The notes below the pieces were generated by a model. That model was not told the DNA's origin, did not search any database, and worked only from the letters and a program-made list of their open reading frames with translations. Source: Rhynchopus sp. YZ270_cl-10 (Eukaryota). Taken from it: a stretch of DNA of 64,000 nucleotides. Position numbers and translations under genes: made by a program. The stretch is from positions 372,001 through 436,000 of the forward strand of contig OZ037837.1 in NCBI GenBank assembly GCA_964035575.1, written 5' to 3'. This document shows positions 21,405 through 31,300 of the stretch, in pieces; the stretch's first letter is position 1, and each line of letters begins with the position of its first letter.

Positions 21405-23282
21405 TCACGTGCACACACATTGACACTTGGTATTGTCCATGATGTTACGGCCATGCACACAGTCTGACACAACACTGCTCGATCCGGTGATGTTGATGCT
21501 TCTTGTACGTATTTTGCATCCTTCGAGGAAGCCTGGCCCGATCACCGTCACACTGCTCCACCCAGACACGTCAAGCCTTGTCAATGCGCTGCAGTCCATC
21601 AGGAAGCAGCTGCCGATGTGCGTAACGTTGTCCCACCCAGACAAGTCAAGTGTTGTCAACGCGGTGCAGCCAATCAAAAAGTGGTTCTCGATGTGCGTCA
21701 CATTGTTCCACCCAGAGAAGTCAACTGTGGTCAATGCTCTGTGGCGGCAGATAAACGAGGATCCGATGTGCGTAACATTGTTCCACCCAGATAAGTCAAC
21801 TGTGGTTAGCGCGTGGCAGTTGTCCAAAAAGCAGTTCTCAATGTGCGTCACACTGCTCCACCCAGATAAGTCAAGTGTGGTCAATGAGCTGCAGTTCCAG
21901 AGGAACCAGGATCCTATCTGCGTGACATTGCTCCACCCACGTACGTCAAGTGTGGTCAATGCCTCGCCGTCCTTCAGGAAGTAGTTCCCGATGTGCGTCA
22001 CATTGTTCCACCCAGACAAGTCAAGTGTGGTCAATGCCGTGCAGCCCTGCAGGAAGTAGTGCCCGATGTGCGTCACACTGCTCCACCCAGACAAGTCAAC
22101 TGTGGTCAATAACACGTGGTTGCAGAGAAACGAGGGTCCTATCTGCGTGACACCGTTCCATCCACGCAAGTCAACTGTGGTCAGCGGGGTTGTCGACCCG
22201 ACGCCGTTCCCGATGCAGCTGTTCTCGCTCGTGCTCCACGCCGCCAATATGTTTGCGGATAAGAAGTAGTCATCAATCAGCGTCATACTGCACCACCCAG
22301 ATAAGCTAAGCCTTCTCACTCTGCAGTTCCAGAGGAACCATTTTCCTATCTGCGTGACATTGCTCCACCCACGCAAGTCAAGTCCTATCAACGCGGTGCA
22401 GCCCTCGAGGAATAAGCTCCCGATGTGCGTCACATTGTTCCACCCAGATAAGTCAAGTGTCGTCAATGTTCTGCAGTGGCGCAGGAACGAGGGTCCTATC
22501 TGCGTGACATTGGTCCACCCAGATAAGTCAAGGGTTGTCAACCATGTGCAGCTTCCGAGGAAGCAGCTCTTGATGTGCGTCACACTGCTCCACCCAGATA
22601 AGTCAAGTGTGGTGAATATACACTCCGTCAGGAAGTAGCTCTCGATGTGCGTCACATTGTTCCACCCAGAAAGTTTAAGTGTTGGCAAGCGCGTGCCCAC
22701 GAGGAAGTGGTCGCCGATTTGCGTCACGTTGTCCCACCCAGAAATGTCAAGCGTTCGCAATCCATCGCATTTGCCGAGAAAGCGGCTCCCAACATGTGTA
22801 ACATTGCTCCACCCAGATAAATCAACAGTGTGCAGTGAGGTGGATTCGTAGAGAAAGCTGCTGCCTATTGCAGTCACACCTGACACACCACTGAGATTAA
22901 GTTCTTCGAACATGCGACCTTGCAAGAATCCATAGGGGATCTCGGTAACAACTTCCGCCTGCAGAAACAAACGAACCAGATTGGGATCTTCCAGACCTTC
23001 GAACCTCTCTGTCGTCAGCCTTGTCTCGCCCAAGTCACAAAGAGCTGCAATGGCGTCGTCCTTCTGCGACTTCCTCTTCGTCAGCACAACTGTGTCCCCA
23101 GCACTCAGCTGCGTGATGCCGTCTCCTTCTGCCATCACCTTCCCACCAAAGCTCATATCGAAGCCGTCTTCGCACAACTCTGCTGCAGACGCCACCTTCC
23201 ACCGTATGACCGCAGTTGTATCATCCACACCCACCTCGACTGTGTACTTCTCTCCGTCAAAGCTCTCCACACATATTTCCAT
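21405..23282 (-). CDS. Ubiquitin-like domain plus BspA-like 25-aa leucine-rich repeat protein (intact paralogue C)
   Basis: ATG 23282; Ubl-like MEICVESFDGEKYTVEV..IRWKV..LSAGDTVVL; about 19 LTTLDLSGWxNVTHIGxxFLxxC repeats; ends CQCVCT. Confidence 0.88.
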   Translation of the reverse strand: MEICVESFDGEKYTVEVGVDDTTAVIRWKVASAAELCEDGFDMSFGGKVMAEGDGITQLSAGDTVVLTKRKSQKDDAIAALCDLGETRLTTERFEGLEDPNLVRLFLQAEVVTEIPYGFLQGRMFEELNLSGVSGVTAIGSSFLYESTSLHTVDLSGWSNVTHVGSRFLGKCDGLRTLDISGWDNVTQIGDHFLVGTRLPTLKLSGWNNVTHIESYFLTECIFTTLDLSGWSSVTHIKSCFLGSCTWLTTLDLSGWTNVTQIGPSFLRHCRTLTTLDLSGWNNVTHIGSLFLEGCTALIGLDLRGWSNVTQIGKWFLWNCRVRRLSLSGWCSMTLIDDYFLSANILAAWSTSENSCIGNGVGSTTPLTTVDLRGWNGVTQIGPSFLCNHVLLTTVDLSGWSSVTHIGHYFLQGCTALTTLDLSGWNNVTHIGNYFLKDGEALTTLDVRGWSNVTQIGSWFLWNCSSLTTLDLSGWSSVTHIENCFLDNCHALTTVDLSGWNNVTHIGSSFICRHRALTTVDFSGWNNVTHIENHFLIGCTALTTLDLSGWDNVTHIGSCFLMDCSALTRLDVSGWSSVTVIGPGFLEGCKIRTRSINITGSSSVVSDCVHGRNIMDNTKCQCVCT

Positions 23283-24385
23283 AGTTTTGTGTCTCTCTGT
23301 TCTGTGCAGGTGTTTTGGGTGCGGCTGCTGCTGACTTGTACCAGTAGTGGTCAGGTTTTGCACAAGACAGACACATCAAGGAGAACTTCGTAGTGAAAGG
23401 GGTGGTGTGGTGTGCAAGAGACAACGAACAGGTACAAGGGGAGAGGTCTTTTGTTTTTGTTTCTGAAAGCTTCGTTGTGTGCACACCGCACTCCGACTTT
23501 TCCTCTTTGTGTTCCCCCCCACCCCCAAAGCAACAGACCATAAAGACAAACGGGAGAGGTTGTGGTGAAACACACACATATGTCATGTCATCAATCCTAC
23601 AACAAAGCGACAAGAAGCCGTGCATGATTTTGCATTCTTTTATCTCAATCGTGATATGAACTCTCTTCACATTTTGCGGATTTGACCGTAAAAGCTCGTG
23701 ACCTAATCGAAGCTTTACGTCACGACGTCAACGTTATGTTACCATGTGGGACAGTGGGCTCGTGACGCAAACCAATATTGCATGACATAAAGTACCCCTT
23801 CCTCAGAACATTCGTTTTTACAGGAAAATCTGCAAAATGCAGCTCGTTTATGTCCTCATGAGATAAACATCGTATTGCATTCTGAAAAGCGCACTTCACA
23901 TAACTCGGGAGCTACGCATATTATTTGGTGCCCTTGTGCACCAAAAATTTCAACTCGGAACCATAGCCCCCTCGTGATGTAAAGTGCACTTTACATCATG
24001 CAATAAATAGTTTAAAATGCGTGTTCAGAGAGAAATTGGTGGAGGGGAGAGGAGGGGTTGTGTTCAGGGAACAATTGGGTACGTTGAAAAAATAAAATGG
24101 GGACACATGCAAAAGAAAGGAGGACAGCTCACTCCTGAACGAGTTTACACACACATAAACAGGGGAGGGGAAGTTGTGACTTAAATGCCGCCGAAGGCTT
24201 TTTTATCGACATAAAATCCTTACAGTATGGTGCACAGCCAGCACGTGGAACGGAGGGGAAGAGAGAGAGAGCGAAAGAGGGAATGTCTAGTAACAGATGC
24301 ACACAAAGCCCAGCAAAAGCTGATTGGGCGACTGTTGCTGACTGGACATTCCTCAGTCCCTCTTAAACCAACACGGATCCTTAAA
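23014..24385. repeat. Segmental duplication of Ubl-LRR 5' end and upstream region (second copy about 16724-18003)
   Basis: Collinear near-identical blocks with indels, e.g. 17712-18003 versus 24095-24386. Confidence 0.85.
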
Positions 24386-24442
24386 GCACTGTGCTCGCCA
24401 GTCCATTCGTACCTGCAAAGACCCTGTTGAAAGACACAAACA

Positions 24443-24767
24443 TACCGCGTTTGGAAATATTATGGACCGAATAAATAAAGAAACAAAATATTATGGACCG
24501 AATTAATTATGGTACGTTTGAGGTTTTTGAGTTTCATTTGGTACTTAATTCGGTCCATCATGTTTTGGGGGGCAATTTTTTTTGTACTTGTCCCCCGAGG
24601 AAAGGGCGAATCTTATTTTTTTGACAAGTACTTTTTTGCCCAGAACGATATGAATCGAATTAATATTTGGTTCGGGTTATTGTTGGACCGAATTAATTAT
24701 GGTACGTTTGAGGTTTTTTCGGGACATTTGGTACTTAATTCGGTCCATAATATTTCCAATCGCGGTA
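24443..24767. mobile_element. MITE with TA ends (pogo/mariner-like)
   Basis: TACCGCGTTTGGAAATATTATGGACCGAAT ... ATTCGGTCCATAATATTTCCAATCGCGGTA. Confidence 0.82.
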
Positions 24768-25333
24768 TATGAACTTGGGAGGTGCCGTTCGGCGAAAGGG
24801 GGGTTTTAGAGTAAGTAAAAGAAATAAATTTATCTTTATTTCAAACAAAAAGGCGCTCCGTATCCAAAACAGGGGGGGGTGTCTGGGGACAAAAAAAACA
24901 GTTCTGCGAAGGGGGGTGTATGAAGTACCACACCTCACTACTGAAATAGTCTGGCGTTTGTGATGTATCTTCACAAAAAAACAAACAAGATCCCTGCCTA
25001 GAGTCTTTAACAGCGGAACAACAGGACACATCACAGTTACCATGTACAGGTACAGTGCGAAACATGTACAGGGCCAGAGGGTTACTAGAGCAAAGGGTCC
25101 GAATATGAAGTATAGCTCACTCTACTAAGATCGACTCTGGCGGAGGGGTGGGGTTGCGTGGTACACTCAAAACACTCAGTATACCACAACTAAAACGTTC
25201 GAGAGACTCGCTACTCTTTGCTTGGTGCTCTGTTTACTATAAACGAGGGGAGGGGGACAATAAAGGTTGTTTTGTTGTTCGCTTCGGCGATGTGTTTAAC
25301 TAACAACAATAAACACACACAGCGCCCCAACAC

Positions 25334-27643
25334 TCACAGCTCTACCACCGTCTTCTGGACCGCCCCCGATGTTCCGGTCTCGCCCTCCTGGTTGCCCCCT
25401 ACCACGAAGGTGTACTGCGACGGCGACACAAACACACGTGTCCCGTCGTCCATCGCAACCTTCATCGGATCGCTCCTCACCTCCAATACCACTGTCCGCG
25501 ACTGGCCCACTGAAAGGAAAACCTTTTGGAACGCTACGAAGTTGTGCTTCGGCACCACGACACCCTGCACCTGCGGGACAGAGGTATACACCTGAACGAC
25601 ATCTGCCCCTGCCCTGCTCCCTGTGTTGGTGACGGTGACAACAACTTTCGCAGCATAGGGACTGGCCGCCCCTTCGACTGTCAGGTTCGAGTACGCAAAA
25701 GAAGTGTAGGAGAGCCCAAACCCAAAACCGTGCTTCACGTAGTTCGGGTCGACGTATCTGTGGGTCCGTCCGTAGCCGAGGTTGAGGTCGAAATGGGCGA
25801 TGGAGGTGGAGTAGTTTACGTTCATAAAATCGGACCAGCCCTGCGTGTAGAAGGTTAGGGGCAGCTTCGCAGAAGGGTTCACATCCCCGAAGAGCACGTC
25901 CGCAACACCCGATCCCGCCTCCTCCCCGCCGTAGGGTGAGTAGATCACCGCGTCTGCAGCGTCTTCGTCGAGGTCCACCCCGCCCCCGCTTACGCAAATG
26001 ACAACCAACTTCTTCGCAACCGCCTGCACAGCCTCCAACAACGCCATCTGCACCCCAGGAAGCGTCATGTTCAGTCTATCCAAGCCTTCAGACTCCACCA
26101 AATTCCCCAACCCCACCACCAACACAACCAAATCCGATTTTGCAGCCACCGCAACCGATGCTTGAATCGCAACGTACTCCGGGGACGTCACATTGTTCCA
26201 ACATTCGGAATCAATAATGCCACACGTTGTGTTGCTCCCCAAGCTGTACACACTGTTCGTACGGTTAGAGATTCCTTCGTAAAAAGTGGAGTATTTTGAG
26301 GGCAGCCCGTTGTAGCTTTGCAGCAGGCATTCGGTACAGTTTGCAAACGGACCGATCACGGCGGTTACGGAGGTGGTCGAGGCGGTGAGGGGGAGGATGG
26401 CGTTTTTGTTTTTCAGAAGCACCGTCGTGGAAGAGGCGGATTCGCGAGCAAGCGCACGGTGCTGTGGAGAATCGAGGAGGTCCCATGGTGTAGAGGCATT
26501 TGTAAAGGGAAAATCGTCGGAGTGGCTGTCGAAGAGACCGAGTTTCATCTGGGATTTCACGATTCTTGCTGCGGCAGAGTCGAGCTGCGCCATCTGGAGA
26601 GAACCATTCGAGAGCAACACCTCAAATGCAGGAAGCAGGGAGTTCGCGCTGAATCCATAGTACACCTGCACCCCGGTTTCGACCCCGAGCTGCAGCGCTT
26701 CTGAGTCGGTCGTGATGCCGTTGTAGTGAAAAGGGTCGTTCATCGTGCGAATCGCATCACAACAGTCAGTCTGGACCAACGCATCCGACTCCCACACCTC
26801 ACGGAGCAATGTGGTGAGGAGGTATGGGTTCCCGCAGGAGGGGACGCCGTTGACAGAGGTCATTGCGCACATCATGCCGTCTGCGTTGCCGACAGAGGGC
26901 TTCTGGTAGGCGGCGTAGATCGGCAGATAGGAGTCAGCGAGGGATCGGTTGGTGACGTTCATGATGGCGTGGAAGGGCCCGAGGTCTGGGCGTGCGGAGT
27001 GGTACCCCAAGAAGTTGCATGTCGTGAGCCGCATGGCCATGAAGTGGTCGCCAGGGGAGTGTGGAACCTCCTGCTGGTTTTGCATGGAGCGTATAGCGGC
27101 CACACCGATCTCCTGCAGCAGGTATGGGTCCTCGCCGTAGGTCTCAGAGATACGCCCCCAACGGGGGTCGTGCGCAGAGTTTGCATGCGGCCCTCCGTCG
27201 CACGACAGTACCGACGCCTGCGACGCGCCGTTGGAGGAGGTGTACTTCTTCCAGGAGAGGATGCGGGCTTCGATGGCAGTAGCGTTCCCTACGCGGTAGA
27301 CGAGGTCCGGGTCGAAGGAGGCTCCTAAGGCAATGGCGTGGGCGAATACTGTGACGCCGGTTTCCTTGTTGAGTCCGTGGATGCAAGTGTGGTCCAAACT
27401 CCAGGATTTTACATTAAACCTCTCAACAGGAGTACTAGAAGGGTAGCTATGCCCCCACAGGTCAAGCTTCTCGCTCAGGTTGAGGCGTGATACCAAATCT
27501 ACGGAGCGGGCTTGGAAGCCGAGGGTGCGGTTGCAGAAAGGGAGGGAGGCCTCGGGGGAGCCGGGGGCGCAAGTGAATTGTGTCGAGATCTCTGCATGAA
27601 CGTGGTTCAGCAGGGATAAGAACAAAACGCTTGAACGGAGCAT
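25334..27643 (-). CDS. Secreted glycoside hydrolase family 3 (beta-xylosidase/glucosidase-like) with C-terminal Fn3-like domain
   Basis: ATG 27643 with signal peptide; LPFCNRTL, DPRWGRISETYGEDP, NGVPSC, TDC nucleophile, VLLKN, ESEGLDR, FGFGLSYTSF, VTNTG..VVQVY. Confidence 0.92.
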   Translation of the reverse strand: MLRSSVLFLSLLNHVHAEISTQFTCAPGSPEASLPFCNRTLGFQARSVDLVSRLNLSEKLDLWGHSYPSSTPVERFNVKSWSLDHTCIHGLNKETGVTVFAHAIALGASFDPDLVYRVGNATAIEARILSWKKYTSSNGASQASVLSCDGGPHANSAHDPRWGRISETYGEDPYLLQEIGVAAIRSMQNQQEVPHSPGDHFMAMRLTTCNFLGYHSARPDLGPFHAIMNVTNRSLADSYLPIYAAYQKPSVGNADGMMCAMTSVNGVPSCGNPYLLTTLLREVWESDALVQTDCCDAIRTMNDPFHYNGITTDSEALQLGVETGVQVYYGFSANSLLPAFEVLLSNGSLQMAQLDSAAARIVKSQMKLGLFDSHSDDFPFTNASTPWDLLDSPQHRALARESASSTTVLLKNKNAILPLTASTTSVTAVIGPFANCTECLLQSYNGLPSKYSTFYEGISNRTNSVYSLGSNTTCGIIDSECWNNVTSPEYVAIQASVAVAAKSDLVVLVVGLGNLVESEGLDRLNMTLPGVQMALLEAVQAVAKKLVVICVSGGGVDLDEDAADAVIYSPYGGEEAGSGVADVLFGDVNPSAKLPLTFYTQGWSDFMNVNYSTSIAHFDLNLGYGRTHRYVDPNYVKHGFGFGLSYTSFAYSNLTVEGAASPYAAKVVVTVTNTGSRAGADVVQVYTSVPQVQGVVVPKHNFVAFQKVFLSVGQSRTVVLEVRSDPMKVAMDDGTRVFVSPSQYTFVVGGNQEGETGTSGAVQKTVVEL

Positions 27644-28364
27644 CGTAGAGTGTGTACGCAACCTGTAGGTTGGGGGGGTCACAATGGAGGGGTGCAAGGG
27701 TGTAAATAAGCCGACTCACGACTCCCGACTCCCGGACCCCCAGACCTTATTTACACCCTTGGGGGGGTGGGGGTGGGTGAACTGAAGGCATTGGGTGTGA
27801 TGGAAACTGTGGGAGTGGGGGTCCTTGTTTGTGGGGTTCCAGAGAAAGTAACGGGGTACACATGAGAAATTATTACGCATCCACTTGCCGTTTAGATAAA
27901 GAAAAACAGAGACGAAAGGGGGGAAGAGTTTAACGAACGCATCCCCACACTCAGTCACACAAAATTTGACAATTTTCCTGATGTGTATGCAAGGTGTGTG
28001 AGTGAGCACGGGAGGGGAAAAAACGACTCGTGGTTAGAAATGCACGCATGTCTTGTAACAATATTACGCTCAACAGGGTTAAGGCGCCAAGAGACGTCAC
28101 GCCAACATTTTGCATTTAAATGTCGGTTGTGACTCTAAGTCACCTTTTGTGTAATAAATGGAGGAGAGCGAAGAGATGCACCGGTGAAAGGGTTTGGCAC
28201 AGATTGCATTCGTCTTGGAAAAGACGAAGGGTTTTTGGGCTCTCGCAGTGGTGGATGAGGTGCAGTTACTGCTGTGCCAACGCCGTATCTTCTCTTGTTA
28301 GTGCTCCTCTTGCTTCTTTCGGTTTTTCCTGTGGAGAAGATGAAACCAAGGCATTCCGCAGTTC

Positions 28365-31300
28365 CTATGTCCTGTCCAAAAGAATCAGTTTCGCAGATAC
28401 ACTCACTGAGTCAACATGGCTACACCCAAGTGCACGAGGGACTGTCGGAGTAGCCCCTATCACTCTCTTCAGCCGAAACGAGCTTTTGCAGACCTCCCAC
28501 ACACGCACGGTCTTGTCGCTGCAGCCACATACCACGGTACGCCCATCGGGGCTCACAGCAACACTGGAAACAGAACAAATGCGTGTTGTGGTTTCTGCCA
28601 CCCGAGTACGAGTGGCCATGCTCCACATAGCCAATAGCCCATCAGGATTGCAGCCCACCAAATATTCACCATCCTGCGTCGCTGCCACCGCAGACAATGA
28701 TGGTGAAGTCTGGGAGGTCCAGATTAAATCTCCCAACACTTTCCTGGTAGCAAACCCCCAGACGCGCAAAGAGTCGCTCTCCCCGCCCCACACCACAACA
28801 TGAGACCCATTAGGGGTCACTGTTGCACCCTCGAATCTGTACTCAAAATGTTCCGCGCACGCGCACACCTGTTTTCCGGTGTGAAGGTTGCACAGCAGGA
28901 CCTGTGAGCCTAAACATAGAACCAAGTGCATCCCATCTGGAGACACTGCAATTCTCTCTGCAAGGCACATATGACAACCTGTCCACACTGCCACCCTGTT
29001 CCCAGTTGGCAGGTGCCACACGCAGACACCGTCAGCCTTCGAGTGCGACACGACATGAGATGCGTCAGGGGTCACTGCTACCCACGTCACGCTGTCTGTG
29101 TGGCCTTCCAGCAAGTGAACTTCGTTGCCCGTCTGAATGCTCCACACACGCACGGTTTTGTCTGCAGAGCAGGACACAAGATGCGAGCCGTCTGCAAATA
29201 CGGCCACCTGCCTCACTATGTCAGTGTGGCCTTCAAACACCTGCGTCTGCTTGCCAGTGGCTGGGCTCCACATGCACACCGTTTCGCCACCACAGGAAAC
29301 AACAGAACCGTCAGGCGTGAGTGCAACACTTTGCACAGCGGAAGTGTGGACTTCCGTGCACAGCGCCTCCTTCCCTGTGAACATGTCCCACACACGCAGG
29401 GTGGTGTCCTCTGAGCAGGACACTATGCGGTGGCCATCTGGTGTCACGGCTACGGAGACGGAGTTCACGGCACCTCTGTGCCCTTCTAAGGTAAGCGTCG
29501 CTGTGCCTGTCGACATGTTCCACACGTATACGGCACTGTCCTGCGACCCTGCGACAACGTGGCCACCATCGGGAGTGACTGCCACAGACCTCAAAGCGCT
29601 GGTCGCCTCGAACACCAGCCGCTCCACCAGCGCATGCGACTCAGACAAGGTCCACAGGCACGCCGTTGCGTCTTCAGAGCACGACACAATGTGGCATCCG
29701 TCAGGGGCAACCACCCCGTGTACTGTGTCCTTGTGGCCTTTCAGCACCGCCACCTCTGCCTCCGTTGCCAGGTCCCATATGCGTATATCATTGTCCACGC
29801 AGGACAGAACCTGGTCCCCATCTGCTGAGACAGTCAGTGCGCATGCTTTCCCGTCCACGGTGTTTGTCCACGGCTCCGACAATAATTCGCAAGTGGAAAT
29901 ATCCCACACACACACAGCCTTGTCTGAGGAGCACGAAAAGAATTGACAACTGTCTGGACTCACCACCACGTCACCCATCCCAAAACTATCGAAGAAGTGG
30001 ATCTGCCTCTCAGTGCACATGTCCCACACACGCACGTCGCTAGCGGAGGAGGACACTATCCAGAACCCATCAGGTGTCACAGCCACAGCGCACACTGCAC
30101 TGGTATGCCCTACGAAGGTCATCACTTCTTTGCCCGTTTCCATGCCCCACACGCGTACGTGAGTGTCTTCGCACCCGGTAACTACTTTGGTTCCATCAGG
30201 TGTCACAGCCATAGCATGCACCTGCGAAGGATGGCGCATACTCGGTAGCGGAGTGCCCATCGTGCATGAAGGGAAGCTCATATCTCTCATGTCGCAGGCG
30301 TGGAACTCAGTGTGCTCCAGCCAGCAGTTCGAGAAGGAAGCTTCATCCAACCTCGTCTCCACAAACAGAGACCCACGCAGGTCGCAGTACGACAGACGGA
30401 GTCCTCTCAGGTCCTCCCCACTCACAGGGATGCGTGCGCGTGCCAGCAGTGCTGCTGCATTCGACGCCGGAAAACAAGATGACATATCACCCTCAAGATC
30501 AAGACTACCGTAATAATAGATGCGTGCCACCTTAGCCAGCGCAAGCAGCTCTGTGCAGGCACGTTCGTACAGCACACTGTCTGCACATAACAGTGCCGCA
30601 AAGAACCCAAGCACACGCTGCGAGTCCTTGCTGAAGCTCCGCTGCACTAGCTGCCCCAGTGTCCCTGCTGGATCACGTGCAAGCCGCCGTGCTGCAAGAT
30701 ACTCCCCAAGCGACTTGTGCCGGAACGTGAACGCACTCCGCTCCTCCCCAAAGTCCTCAATCCGGAACGGCAGGCAGCGGAAGCACGCATCGCGGACAGC
30801 CTCAGACAGATCGTGCTGCGACACAAGACTCTGAGATGCCACACCCACAGTCCCCTGCCACTCATTTACATCCAGCATCCTGCATGCAACAAGCTCCCCT
30901 GCACGCACCACTTCCTCCAAAGACAGATCTTCAGCACCAGACCCACACGCAGACGCCATCTCCTTCTTCGTCCACGTCTGCAGGTAGGCCTCGTAGATCA
31001 CCTCCTCAGAAGCCTTCCCGCTGCACTGTGCGTGACACGCCATGTGCAGCATAAATGGGTTCCGCAGCAGCACAAGTCCCTCAACGTCTTCTTCACGCAC
31101 GAAGACAGTGCGCTCTCCCTTAGTGACATCCTTCTTGCGTTCCTTCTTCCAGGCTTTGTTCGCACGCTTGATGTACGTTCTTGCATCCACCTCTGTGAAC
31201 GGCTGCATGTACACAGCACGCACACCAGCCCCACACACACCAGACGGAGACGCGTCCACGCTCTTCAGGTACTCACCACGCACAGTCACAACAACGCTGC

